A stretch of DNA of 64,000 nt from Candidatus Bathyarchaeia archaeon. GTDB lineage: Archaea; Thermoproteota; Bathyarchaeia; Bathyarchaeales; Bathycorpusculaceae. The notes under the pieces were generated by a model. The model did not search any database. It was not told where the DNA came from and saw nothing but the letters and a program-made list of their open reading frames with translations. Shown piece after piece: positions 30,045 through 39,676 of this stretch. The translations under genes were made by a program, and so were the position numbers. The stretch covers positions 52,795 to 116,794 of the forward strand of contig JAVZLK010000004.1 of the NCBI GenBank assembly GCA_038883795.1. The letters are read 5' to 3'. Each line of letters starts with the position of its first letter. The stretch's first letter is position 1.

Positions 30045-30308
30045 TTATTCTATTTTTAAATGTTCGAGGATTTTGGCTTCTTGCATTTTTCCATCATCAT
30101 CTATTTGGAATTCAAGCATTACACGGTCTTTTGCGTTTTTCTTGCTGTTAAACTCTTTTCCACAATTTCCACACTGGATATCCGATTCCATTTCCATGAC
30201 ATACCAAGAAGCATCCACATAATAGCGTCCACAATTTGGACAGCGCAAAACAGCCACATCTAACCATGTTTTCATTTTGATAATCTCCATTTTAGGCATA
30301 AACACCAT
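30045..30308 (-). CDS. Small zinc-ribbon protein
   Basis: CPNCG and CGNCG pairs. Confidence 0.65.
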   Translation of the reverse strand: MVFMPKMEIIKMKTWLDVAVLRCPNCGRYYVDASWYVMEMESDIQCGNCGKEFNSKKNAKDRVMLEFQIDDDGKMQEAKILEHLKIE

Positions 30309-30334
30309 AGCACTTTATAAACCAGTCGTAAAAT

Positions 30335-31420
30335 ATGGAAATGCCAGTTAGGGGTTTGAAATTGCCGAAGATAAAAGTTGCTTTAGCAGGAGTTGGAAAC
30401 TGTGCTTCTGCCCTAATCCAAGGCTTAAAATATTATAGCCAATGCGAAAACGAAGAAGAAAGCATTGGGCTTCGACACCTATTTTTAGGAGGCTTTCATC
30501 CGAGGGATATCCAAATAGTTGCAGCCTTCGACATTGACGCTCGAAAGGTTGGAAAAGACCTTTCAGAAGCCATTTTTGCACAACCAAATAACGCGCCAAA
30601 AATAGTTGATGTTCAACCATCTAATGTTATTGTGCAAAAGGGACCAGTTTTGGATGGGGTTGGCGAATATACAAAAAATGTTGTCAAAATTAGCAAAGAA
30701 CTGGAAGTTGATGTTGCAGAAACATTGAAAGATAAAGACGCAGAGATGCTTCTAAACTTGCTTCCAAGCGGAGCCGCAAAAGCTTCGCAATGGTATGCAG
30801 AACAAGCTCTAAAGGCAAATTGCGCCTTTGTCAATGCCACTCCAACGTTCATTGCCAGCGACGCCCATTGGAGTAAGCGTTTTGAAGATGTTGAGTTGCC
30901 GCTTGTTGGTGATGACTTAATGGATCAAGTGGGCGCAACTACATTACACAAAGCCTTGCTTAAGCTTCTTTCAATGCATGGTGTTCGTATAACTGAAACT
31001 TATCAGTTAGATGTTGGCGGAGGCACTGAATCCTTAGACACGTTGGAGAGGACGAGAGATTTGAAGAGAACCGTTAAAACGCGGTCTGTTGAAGGCGCAT
31101 TACCCTATAAGGCTGAGGTTGTGGCTGGGTCAATGGATTATGTGGATTTTCTCCAAAACAGGCGAGACAGCTACTTCTGGATTAGGGGCTTATACTTCTG
31201 CAAAACACCCATGCAAATAGACCTAAAACTCTCAACGGTAGATGCACCAAACGCTGGTTCCGTTCTCCTTGATGTTATAAGGGCTGTGAAAATAGCCTTA
31301 GAAAATAAAATGTGGGGCGCAATCTTGCCAATCTGCGCTTATGCCTTCAAACATCCACCACAAATGGTTTCTTTGGAAACCGCTGAGAAAATGTTCAAAG
31401 ACTTCCTCACGAAAAAGTGA
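30335..31420 (+). CDS. ino1: myo-Inositol-1-phosphate synthase family protein (divergent)
   Basis: GVGNCASALIQG, AAFDID..KVGKDLSEAIF, VGDD, QVGAT, YQL, D-PN, FKHPP. Confidence 0.8.
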   Translation: MEMPVRGLKLPKIKVALAGVGNCASALIQGLKYYSQCENEEESIGLRHLFLGGFHPRDIQIVAAFDIDARKVGKDLSEAIFAQPNNAPKIVDVQPSNVIVQKGPVLDGVGEYTKNVVKISKELEVDVAETLKDKDAEMLLNLLPSGAAKASQWYAEQALKANCAFVNATPTFIASDAHWSKRFEDVELPLVGDDLMDQVGATTLHKALLKLLSMHGVRITETYQLDVGGGTESLDTLERTRDLKRTVKTRSVEGALPYKAEVVAGSMDYVDFLQNRRDSYFWIRGLYFCKTPMQIDLKLSTVDAPNAGSVLLDVIRAVKIALENKMWGAILPICAYAFKHPPQMVSLETAEKMFKDFLTKK

Positions 31421-31430
31421 TGGGCTTAAT

Positions 31431-32552
31431 TTATTTCTCTGCTAGTTTTTGCAGCTCTCTTAATATTTTCTCCTTCACTCCGCTCTGCTTCATTTTCTCC
31501 TTTAACATGGCAATGGTTTTCACCGGCGTTGGGTCTACTCTTCGCAGTAAAGCCAAATAAACGCTTGTGAAGTCTCCGATGGAAATGGTTGACAACATTT
31601 TTGCCAATCTACTTTCGCCAACACTCCAAACCTCAAAAACCTTCACCTTTTCTTTGCACATTAACTCTTTTGTAACTTCAATTCTATCTCGAATCTCTTT
31701 TGGCTCTTCACCGTCTCGAAGGAAAATTGCCGAAAAATTCTCTGCCATTTTTCCTGCCTCTTCCCAACCAACAATTTCATTATGGTTAAGCTCCGGCAAA
31801 AATTCCCATTTGGATGGGATTTTACTGTTTTCATTAAACTGTTGTTTAAAACGTTGAGCAACACTTCGATAAAACCCAAAACCATAAACAACTGGAACAG
31901 TTCCATTAATGTTTAATGCCAAAGTCTTCGAAAAATTAACGCTTGACGGTTTTTCTGGCGAATTCTCACTACTAACCTTTTCCAAAATTTTAACAGCCTC
32001 GGAAATTTCTGTACCAACTTTTGAAACCAAACCGATTTTTTCTAAAGCTATGAGTAATGGCATGAAAAGGTATGGAAGGGCTGCGCGAGGGGGCATCCCA
32101 GAAGGAATAGGAATAAATGACAAGCCAAATTTTTCAGCAAACTCTAAAAGTTTCCCTCCAGAGCTTACACAAACAATCATGCAGTCTCGCCTAATTGCGT
32201 CAAGAAAAACGCTTAATGTTTCCTCGGTATCTCCTGAATAGCTCACAACAAAAGCTAGCGTATTCTTGTCCGCATAGGCTGGTAAAGAATAATCCCTTTC
32301 GACCTCTATGGGAATAAGCGCCTTATCTCTTGCCCAATCTTTTAGAAGTTCTCCGCCTATGGCTGAGCCACCCATACCAGCAACGATAATTTTCTGGGGT
32401 TTTAGATAATTAATTGAGAATTTTCTGGCAATTTTTGCCGCTTCTTCATAATGTTTTGAGGAGTTGACACAAAAAGATAGCATGTCGCTTTTGTCAATTT
32501 TCTTAATTCTTTCAATATTGTCTAAAATGTTTGTTTTTGGCAATTTTAACAC
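31431..32552 (-). CDS. Bifunctional phosphoglucose/phosphomannose isomerase
   Basis: GMGGSAIGG, SYSGDTEET, PPRAAL, QFNENSK, PELNHNEIVGW, VDPTPV. Confidence 0.92.
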   Translation of the reverse strand: MLKLPKTNILDNIERIKKIDKSDMLSFCVNSSKHYEEAAKIARKFSINYLKPQKIIVAGMGGSAIGGELLKDWARDKALIPIEVERDYSLPAYADKNTLAFVVSYSGDTEETLSVFLDAIRRDCMIVCVSSGGKLLEFAEKFGLSFIPIPSGMPPRAALPYLFMPLLIALEKIGLVSKVGTEISEAVKILEKVSSENSPEKPSSVNFSKTLALNINGTVPVVYGFGFYRSVAQRFKQQFNENSKIPSKWEFLPELNHNEIVGWEEAGKMAENFSAIFLRDGEEPKEIRDRIEVTKELMCKEKVKVFEVWSVGESRLAKMLSTISIGDFTSVYLALLRRVDPTPVKTIAMLKEKMKQSGVKEKILRELQKLAEK

Positions 32553-32636
32553 ACTGTTCTATACTATGCTTTTGATTTGGCATTTTAAGCTTTTATTTGT
32601 GAAAAGCGACTTTGAAAAGCGAAGGCGAAGGTTAGT

Positions 32637-33491
32637 TTGTCAAAGAAAAAGGTTTCCATAGCCATACCCGCCTCTGTTGTTTCAGACACGCCTCATTTAC
32701 GTGAGAAAACAGCAAAGATAGGTTTGATTGGGAGGACAGCGGCAATTTTCAGAATCGACGAAATTATAATTTATCCGGATGATGCGGAGGTTAATCAGAA
32801 AAACGAGATTAATTTGATTGCTACACTGCTTTCCTACATGGAAACACCGCAGTATCTTCGAAAAAAACTTTTCAAACTTAAACCAGAACTGCGTTATGCT
32901 GGAATTCTTCCACCCCTTCGGACGCCACATCATCCAATAAACCGTAAAATCAAAAATCTAAAAGTGGGTGAATATAGGGATGGTGTGACATTATCAAAGA
33001 CAAATGAGGGCACATTAATAGACATCGGGGTGGAAAAACCAGCATTATTAGTAAATAAGCAGTTGCCCATGCAAAAACGGGTTACAGTAAAAATCACAAA
33101 AACTGAAAAGCGTGTTGAGGTGGAGCTTGCAAATCGCATTGAAATACCAGAATATTGGGGTTATACGGTAACCGTAGAACCCAAATCTTTTGGTTCTCTC
33201 TTAAAACGTGGAAGCTTCGACCTAACCATTGCCACATCAAAATATGGCGCTCCATTGACGGAAGTTGCCGAAAAACTGTCTGAAAGATGGAAAAAAGCTG
33301 ACAAGATTCTTTTAGCCTTTGGGGCTCCAACGCAAGGATTATACGAAATAGCCAAAAAGGAAGGATTAAACTTGGATGAGATTGTGGATTTTGTCGTTAA
33401 TACTATTCCAATGCAGGGAACAGAAACCGTCCGAACCGAAGAGGCGCTTATTGCTTCTTTAGCCATTTTTAACGTGCAATTCGACTTTTAA
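32637..33491 (+). CDS. SPOUT-family RNA methyltransferase (DUF171/SPOUT1-like)
   Basis: SIAIPAS, ETPQYLRK, GILPPLRTPHH, YWGY, NTIPMQGTETVRTEEA. Confidence 0.88.
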   Translation: MSKKKVSIAIPASVVSDTPHLREKTAKIGLIGRTAAIFRIDEIIIYPDDAEVNQKNEINLIATLLSYMETPQYLRKKLFKLKPELRYAGILPPLRTPHHPINRKIKNLKVGEYRDGVTLSKTNEGTLIDIGVEKPALLVNKQLPMQKRVTVKITKTEKRVEVELANRIEIPEYWGYTVTVEPKSFGSLLKRGSFDLTIATSKYGAPLTEVAEKLSERWKKADKILLAFGAPTQGLYEIAKKEGLNLDEIVDFVVNTIPMQGTETVRTEEALIASLAIFNVQFDF

Positions 33492-33523
33492 TGTTTAAAT
33501 GTGTGTTCGCCTAATGAGGTTGT

Positions 33524-34522
33524 ATGTATTTCGACTTTGCCATGCCCTTAACTCTTTTCTTAGTCACGTTGGTAGCAATGTTGTTAAATGATAAGGTTGA
33601 GAGAAAACTAAAAGGCGTTTTTGAAGAGAAGAAGTTTGGCTTTTTGGATGCCCTACTACTCATAGGCGCAATTAGCATCACTGTATGGCTTATAGTTTTC
33701 ATTCCGCAAATGGCAGTTATGATAGTATTCCTCTTCGCCTATTCTACGCTTCTCTTCACTTTTACCTATATCTTCTCGAGCTTTGGAAAATTTGGAGCCA
33801 AACTTTTCTGCATGGCATTTCTCATAGTCGCCTTTTTGATAAGCACCATTACTCTTTTCACTTTCATTGAAAACAATACAGTCGTTTATGGAGTTCCAAC
33901 CTTTTTTGGCTTATTCAGCTTCGCTTTTTTAGCCTTGCTTTACGAAGAAAGTAGGGTTAGCACAAAGGAAAGGTGGTATTTGGCTGTTTTGCCCCCAGCC
34001 TTGTTCGTAAGCCTATACATTTTTTTCAGTCGAACCCCCATCTGGTTTCCATATTTGCTGAATCTGTATGGAATAGTCTTCGCAGTTCTGATAATCCTCT
34101 ATTTAGGAAGCCTTTTCACATGGAAAACCACATTATTTTTCGCCGGAGCCCTCACATTTATGGACATAATTCTCGTTTTGTTTAGTGGCGCCATGGTTTC
34201 CGCAGCAACCCACGTTTCGGGTCTAAGACTTCCAGTTTTGATTACTTTGCCGACAGTTCCGGAAATTGCAACAGAATTTGGCAAAGTTTACATGTCCTTG
34301 GGTTTAGGCGACTTCTTCTTCGCTGGGCTTCTAGCTTTGCAAACTTTTAAGAAGTTTGGGAAAGAGCTTGCAGTTTTATCCGCCATAGGAATGGGCATAT
34401 CCTTTTTTATATTTGAGGCTTTTCTGCTAAATTATCGTCCCGGAGCTTTTCCAGGAACTTTAATGATTATCTGTGGATGGATACCATTTGTTTTATGGAA
34501 AAGCCTAAAAGGTAAGCGTTAA
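33524..34522 (+). CDS. Presenilin/signal peptide peptidase-like GxGD intramembrane aspartic protease
   Basis: Polytopic; FMDIILV (first Asp), LGLGDF, FPGT at the PAL position. Confidence 0.7.
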   Translation: MYFDFAMPLTLFLVTLVAMLLNDKVERKLKGVFEEKKFGFLDALLLIGAISITVWLIVFIPQMAVMIVFLFAYSTLLFTFTYIFSSFGKFGAKLFCMAFLIVAFLISTITLFTFIENNTVVYGVPTFFGLFSFAFLALLYEESRVSTKERWYLAVLPPALFVSLYIFFSRTPIWFPYLLNLYGIVFAVLIILYLGSLFTWKTTLFFAGALTFMDIILVLFSGAMVSAATHVSGLRLPVLITLPTVPEIATEFGKVYMSLGLGDFFFAGLLALQTFKKFGKELAVLSAIGMGISFFIFEAFLLNYRPGAFPGTLMIICGWIPFVLWKSLKGKR

Positions 34523-34556
34523 ACAACCTTTTAAGAAATAAAAGAAATTTAACTTT

Positions 34557-34883
34557 TTAACCGAATAGTGCTCCTAAGCCTTCTAGCGCTGCCTCTTCCT
34601 TTGCCTTTTCTTCCTCTTCCTTCTTTTTCTTCTCTTCTTCCTTTGGCTTGGGTTCAGCTGCTGGCGCTGTTGATGCGAGCGCAGCGACAGCTGGTGCAGC
34701 CATCATGGTTGGTGCGGTTTTGATAGCTTCGTCAATGTTGACTTCTGCTAGGGAAGCAACTAACGCTTTTACTCGGACTGCGTCGACGTTTATACCTGCT
34801 GCTGTCAAAACCTGCGTGAGGTTTTCTTCGTTTATTTCTTTTCCAGCTTTGTGAAGGAGCATGGCGGCGTAAATGTATTCCAT
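34557..34883 (-). CDS. rpl12: 50S ribosomal stalk protein P1/L12
   Basis: [11 protein letters not shown]...[13 protein letters not shown]. Confidence 0.97.
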   Translation of the reverse strand: MEYIYAAMLLHKAGKEINEENLTQVLTAAGINVDAVRVKALVASLAEVNIDEAIKTAPTMMAAPAVAALASTAPAAEPKPKEEEKKKKEEEEKAKEEAALEGLGALFG

Positions 34884-34910
34884 ACCTTTTCACCTCTTCA
34901 TTCAAATATT

Positions 34911-35795
34911 TTAACCTTTTTCAATCTGTTGGGTTTTTCCCTCTAAATTAGGCAGTCTACTACTTAAACTTAACATTTCCATATGCGCCTTCCTAATCAA
35001 GTCCACTATCGTGTTCTTTGTGGGGATGGCGGCATTAATTGAAAGCGCATATGCCTCTTGATGAGCCAATTGCAAAAGGGTTACAGTGTTTTCTGGTGTT
35101 GGATAGGCGCAGCTTATTGAAAGGGCGAACGCATCTGCTTGGGCTTTTTGGATGGTTTGTTGGATTTCTTTTATGTCTATTTTGAGCTGTTCTTGGGTTA
35201 TTATGAAACCATCATCATATATGACCCTAATGGATAATCCAGCTTCAACGGGTTTTATTCCAAGTTTTGATAGTACGCTTGCAAGTCTTTCATCGATTAC
35301 GTCGCCCTTTCTCGCCACCAAAGTGTCTTTACTAACCCAAACGCTTCCAGCCTCAATCCTTGTTGGCAAACCCACAGCGTTCAATTGACTAATTATTGGT
35401 CCCGGAGGTTGTCCAGTGTTTCCAGCTGGAACTATGATGTCAAAGGCTGCTATGTCGCCAGCTTTCGCTGTGGTTCTAACTTTTCCTTTTTCAAGAATTA
35501 ACGCCAACTTGAAGGGGTTTAAATTAGTGAATAAGAAAATGTTTGAGCCCGCTAAATGTTCCGTGAGCTTCTCAATGTTCGGTTTTTCTTTGCATTTTTC
35601 AATGACTTTTCTCATCAGCGTATTCTTTATTACCCTCATGTAAACTTTGTCTGAAAGATTTTTTTTGAACTCTTGCAGTTGGCTTGCTCTAACCTTTTGG
35701 AGACTTGCAACTCCTATAGCCTTGTATCGCTTTATTAGTTGGGCTATCTCTTCCACTTCGCCGATTTTTTCCTGCAAAACCTGTTGGGACGGCAT
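34911..35795 (-). CDS. rpl10: 50S ribosomal protein L10 (P0)
   Basis: KNTLM, NPFKL, PAGNTGQPPGP, LSKLGIKP. Confidence 0.96.
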   Translation of the reverse strand: MPSQQVLQEKIGEVEEIAQLIKRYKAIGVASLQKVRASQLQEFKKNLSDKVYMRVIKNTLMRKVIEKCKEKPNIEKLTEHLAGSNIFLFTNLNPFKLALILEKGKVRTTAKAGDIAAFDIIVPAGNTGQPPGPIISQLNAVGLPTRIEAGSVWVSKDTLVARKGDVIDERLASVLSKLGIKPVEAGLSIRVIYDDGFIITQEQLKIDIKEIQQTIQKAQADAFALSISCAYPTPENTVTLLQLAHQEAYALSINAAIPTKNTIVDLIRKAHMEMLSLSSRLPNLEGKTQQIEKG

Positions 35796-35810
35796 TGGTT
35801 TTCCTCTCTT

Positions 35811-36461
35811 TTACGGTTTAATTTTTACTGGTTCGCCCATAGATGTTTTGATGTAGGTAGACTTGATGTTTTTCACTCCTCTTTTAAGTTTTGCCTCCAC
35901 AGCCCTTAATATTGTCTGAATATTTTCAGCTATTTCCTCTTCCTTCATATTTTCTGTTCCGACACGACACTGCAAAATTGGCTGGTTTCTCATTCTTAAA
36001 ATGACCGTCTTTCGATGCTTCTCTATCAGACTTGCTATGTCAACTGTTGGCGGAACTGGAATGGGCATTTTGCCCCTAGGACCCAAAACTGGACCTAAAA
36101 CTTTGCCTACAGTAGGCATTAATGGGGCTTCAGCAATAAAGAAATCATAATTATTAGCAATTTTCCGCAGTTCCCTTTTGTTTCCAGCCAATCCCTCAAG
36201 CTCAGCTCTTTCAATGACGAGGTCTGCGTTGGCTTTTCTAGCTTTTAGGGCTAATTCTCCTGTGGCTATAACACATATTTTGTTTGTTTTTTCTGGCGAG
36301 TAGGGCAGTTCTATGATTTCTTGGATTTTGCCTTCTGGCGATTTCATGTCAATGTCCTTTAGGCTTAGGATTAGCTCTATGGATTGGTTAAAGTTTCTTT
36401 TTTTGGATTTCTCTTTCGCTTCTTTAACCGCATTGAGTATTGTTTTTTGGTCTAGTGGCAT
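35811..36461 (-). CDS. rpl1: 50S ribosomal protein L1
   Basis: KRNFNQS, LGPVLGPRGKMP, KTSMGEP. Confidence 0.97.
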   Translation of the reverse strand: MPLDQKTILNAVKEAKEKSKKRNFNQSIELILSLKDIDMKSPEGKIQEIIELPYSPEKTNKICVIATGELALKARKANADLVIERAELEGLAGNKRELRKIANNYDFFIAEAPLMPTVGKVLGPVLGPRGKMPIPVPPTVDIASLIEKHRKTVILRMRNQPILQCRVGTENMKEEEIAENIQTILRAVEAKLKRGVKNIKSTYIKTSMGEPVKIKP

Positions 36462-36519
36462 TTTTGGGGCCTCGTGCCAATGAGGGAATAGTATGGGATT
36501 ATAAAAATATTCTCATCCT

Positions 36520-37008
36520 TTATTCTTTACTGAATAATTCGTCATGCTTTCCTTCATCAATTTCCCTTTGTACTTCTCGGGGGTCTTTGCCTTCCACTGT
36601 TACGCCCATGCTGACGCAACTTCCCAAGACTTCTTTTGCTGCTGCTTTTAGAGTTTTTGCCAAAAGCTCTGGCCGTTTAATCTTTGCTATACGTATAACT
36701 TGTTCCAAGGTCAAGTTTCCAACTTTTTGTGTGCTTGGCGTTCCGGAACCCTTCTCTATTTTTAATTCGCTAACAATTAAGGCGGACATGGTTGGCGTTC
36801 CAACGCTTACTTCAAACTCCTTTGTTTCTGGGTCAACAGAAACCTTCACTGGAACTTTCATTCCAGCATAATCCTTCGTAAGCTCATTAATCTTGTTAAC
36901 GATCATCATGACATTAACGCCTAAAGGACCCAAAGCCGGACCTAATGGTGGACCTGCTGTTGCTTGTCCTCCGCTTACAAGTAATTCCACAATTTTTTTC
37001 TCAGCCAT
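36520..37008 (-). CDS. rpl11: 50S ribosomal protein L11
   Basis: [24 protein letters not shown]. Confidence 0.97.
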   Translation of the reverse strand: MAEKKIVELLVSGGQATAGPPLGPALGPLGVNVMMIVNKINELTKDYAGMKVPVKVSVDPETKEFEVSVGTPTMSALIVSELKIEKGSGTPSTQKVGNLTLEQVIRIAKIKRPELLAKTLKAAAKEVLGSCVSMGVTVEGKDPREVQREIDEGKHDELFSKE

Positions 37009-37493
37009 TACTTTTCACCGCTTTCAGTTTTTGTTTTCTCCACAAGCTTAACATAATCAGAATGCACAGTTATTGGTAAGGTAAATGTTGCCTCCAAAAG
37101 CTCAAGGGTTACTTCCGCTTTGCTCTTGTCTATGCGTGTTATTTTTGCCCGCATTCCCTTGAATGGTCCGCCTGTCACTTCTACTATGTCATTTTCGCTT
37201 AACTCTTCAATCACTGGTTTTCTAACAATGTATCTTTCAATTTCTGAAAAGCTTACGACTCCCGGAACCCTTGAGCGCACATGCCTTATGCCAGCTATGG
37301 CTTGTTCTACAAAGTGGGGGCCCTCTGCTTCCACGAAAACGTATCCTCTTAAGGTTTCTGGGACGAGAATAGCCTTTATCGGTATGTTGTTCATTTCAAT
37401 TCTTGCTGTGATCAATTTTGCTACATTCCGCTCTTGTCCGGTTGTGGTTTTTACAGCAAAAATTTTGGTGGGAAACTCTTCACTTTTCGCCAT
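37008..37493 (-). CDS. spt5: Transcription elongation factor Spt5/NusG
   Basis: [19 protein letters not shown] motif GGPFKG. Confidence 0.96.
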   Translation of the reverse strand: MAKSEEFPTKIFAVKTTTGQERNVAKLITARIEMNNIPIKAILVPETLRGYVFVEAEGPHFVEQAIAGIRHVRSRVPGVVSFSEIERYIVRKPVIEELSENDIVEVTGGPFKGMRAKITRIDKSKAEVTLELLEATFTLPITVHSDYVKLVEKTKTESGEK

Positions 37494-37505
37494 AATTTCT
37501 CCTTC

Positions 37506-37691
37506 TTAAGTGGCTGTGGTTCCGCCTGGTTGCAGAATTGATGATAACAGTTTTATGACGAATCCTATTATTCCAATGGCGCCTATGCCCAAGAAGCATA
37601 TTTTCAATGATAGCCAAACCTCGCTTTTTCCTGGTTTTACGGCAAGCTTTAATGTTCTTGCAGCTTGGGATAGGAATGACCTTAAGCCCAT
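37506..37691 (-). CDS. secE: Protein translocase SecE/Sec61 gamma
   Basis: RTLKLAVKP..E, GIGAIGIIGFVI; directly upstream of spt5. Confidence 0.92.
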   Translation of the reverse strand: MGLRSFLSQAARTLKLAVKPGKSEVWLSLKICFLGIGAIGIIGFVIKLLSSILQPGGTTAT

Positions 37692-37815
37692 CTTAATCGC
37701 ACTCTCAACATTTCAACTTTAACATAATAAACGTTGCTATAACTTTGATAAAGTGTTTAAACCCTTTCTATTAACTTTTCTCTTCCACATTGAGACGAGC
37801 CATGTAATTTTTGAG

Positions 37816-38643
37816 TTAAACTTTTTGGATTGGAAGCCTTATTTCTTGGAGAATCTCAACAAGCTTTGGTTTGTGTTCGCCTTTTATTCCCTTCCAATCC
37901 AAAATTGCATGTTCAACTTTTTCTAGTGTTTTTTGCACGCATTGCCTTAAAATCTCTGTATCCACATATGGAATGGCATATTTTGGAATCATGTGACCAA
38001 AAGCTGTTTCATTCTCTAATGCCATTCTTGTGAATTTCGAGTTATAGTGGGGTCCACCTATACCAAGAACGGCTTTAGCCTCAGCCTTGCCGAAAGTGGA
38101 TATGGCTTTTATTGCTGCGTGGGCGACGGCTTCAGCTGCCTTCAAATCGTTCCACTGTTTTGGTGAACTTCCTAACTCCACGAACATGGCTGGAACGTTT
38201 AATGATGGTCCATGGTGGGTGCATTCATAACAAACCTCATAGTCTAAACGTAATGCATCCCTAAACTGTTTTAACGCCTTTAAGGCGTTTCTCATGGCGT
38301 TTGCCGGAGAAACAGAAACCTTTCTTGGAAGTCCGCCCAGTTCTGCTTCGCCCAAATTGCCAGGCGTGTGTACAGAAAGGGTTGGGGTACCGCTTTCGCT
38401 GCTATGCCTAGAAATGAAAACCACAAGTTCTAAATCCTTAAAGAAATCAGTTATGTTTTGTGCGCTTACTAATTCTTCATTTAACGTTACGAGTTTGGCT
38501 TCTCTGCCACCTATTTCGGCTATATAAATTGGATTTTCCTGAAAATTTTCAGTAACTCCATCAAAATTGTAGTGGTTCAGAATTTGCTTTTTAATGTTTA
38601 AGCTTGCCACATCTTTGTTTGAGGCGACTATTAGAATTGTCAT
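37816..38643 (-). CDS. dtdA: D-aminoacyl-tRNA deacylase (archaeal DTD2/GEK1 type)
   Basis: SRHSS, LSVHTPGN, ECTHHGP, FVELGS, GGPHY, GHMIPKY. Confidence 0.92.
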   Translation of the reverse strand: MTILIVASNKDVASLNIKKQILNHYNFDGVTENFQENPIYIAEIGGREAKLVTLNEELVSAQNITDFFKDLELVVFISRHSSESGTPTLSVHTPGNLGEAELGGLPRKVSVSPANAMRNALKALKQFRDALRLDYEVCYECTHHGPSLNVPAMFVELGSSPKQWNDLKAAEAVAHAAIKAISTFGKAEAKAVLGIGGPHYNSKFTRMALENETAFGHMIPKYAIPYVDTEILRQCVQKTLEKVEHAILDWKGIKGEHKPKLVEILQEIRLPIQKV

Positions 38644-38747
38644 TGGGCTTCCATGATTAGGATAGTGAATGTTAAGAAAAAGGTTTCCATAAAGCTTATA
38701 ACAGTTAAAATCAGTTGAAGCCTTAAAAGTTTAAAGAGGCAGCTAAA

Positions 38748-39659
38748 ATGCACCTAATCAATTTTAAAGAATTGTCTGGTCAACAATTAACAGCAATAAT
38801 CGATAAGGCTATAGAAGTTAAGCATAACCCTGAAAAATACAAAAATGCTTTAGCTGGCAAATCTTTGGCTATGATTTTTCAGAAGACCTCCACGCGGACA
38901 AGGGTTTCTTTTGAGGTGGCGATGACCCAGCTTGGTGGACATGCCCTATACATTGATTGGAGAACATCAAACTTCACTTTGGCTGATGTTTACGATGAGA
39001 CGCAGTATTTGTCTCGTAATGTGGATTGCATAATGGCAAGATTGCTAAGAAATGCTGATTTGCAAGTTATGGCTAAGGCTTCCCATGTTCCAGTAATCAA
39101 CGGATGTGATGAGAAATATCATCCAAGCCAAGCCATAGCCGACTTAATGACCATAAAAGAGAAGAAAGGCAAGTTAAAAGGTGTTAAACTCGTTTACATA
39201 GGAGCCCACAACAACGTTTGCAACTCGCTTATTGAGGGGTGCACAAAAACTGGAGTAAAAATAACCACTGTAACGCCCATATTTAACGAGCCATCAAGGG
39301 ATGAAGAGCTTTTAGAAAATGCGAAGAAAAGTGGGCTTTGGGAAACAACTTTAGACGTTAAAAAGGCTGTGAAGGATGCGGATTTTGTTTACACAGACAC
39401 TTGGGTTGATATGGAATTTTTCCTCGACCCAAAATATGCTGCGGAAAAGGAGAAGCGCATCAAAATTATGATGCCATACCAAATAAACATGGAGCTATTA
39501 AAAGAAAGCAAAGCCTACATAATGCACGACATGCCAATCCACAGAGGATACGAAATAAGCCCAGACGTAATAGAAAGTCCAAAATCCATAATTTACGAAC
39601 AAAGCGAAAACAGGCTTTATTCAGCAAAGGCGATACTGTTAAAACTATTGGAAAAATAA
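38748..39659 (+). CDS. argF: Ornithine carbamoyltransferase-like transcarbamylase
   Basis: FQKTSTRTR, HPSQ, ENR; variant motifs DTWVDME and HDMP. Confidence 0.8.
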   Translation: MHLINFKELSGQQLTAIIDKAIEVKHNPEKYKNALAGKSLAMIFQKTSTRTRVSFEVAMTQLGGHALYIDWRTSNFTLADVYDETQYLSRNVDCIMARLLRNADLQVMAKASHVPVINGCDEKYHPSQAIADLMTIKEKKGKLKGVKLVYIGAHNNVCNSLIEGCTKTGVKITTVTPIFNEPSRDEELLENAKKSGLWETTLDVKKAVKDADFVYTDTWVDMEFFLDPKYAAEKEKRIKIMMPYQINMELLKESKAYIMHDMPIHRGYEISPDVIESPKSIIYEQSENRLYSAKAILLKLLEK

Positions 39660-39676
39660 CTAAAAGGCGTTGTAAG

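Noticed and set aside
36462-36519. Possible L1 autoregulatory hairpin (CCTC-ATTGGCAC-GAGG) before rpl1
   Set aside because: Only a 4-bp stem with no recognisable L1-binding internal loop; the region looks like a simple internal promoter (TTTTTATAA).
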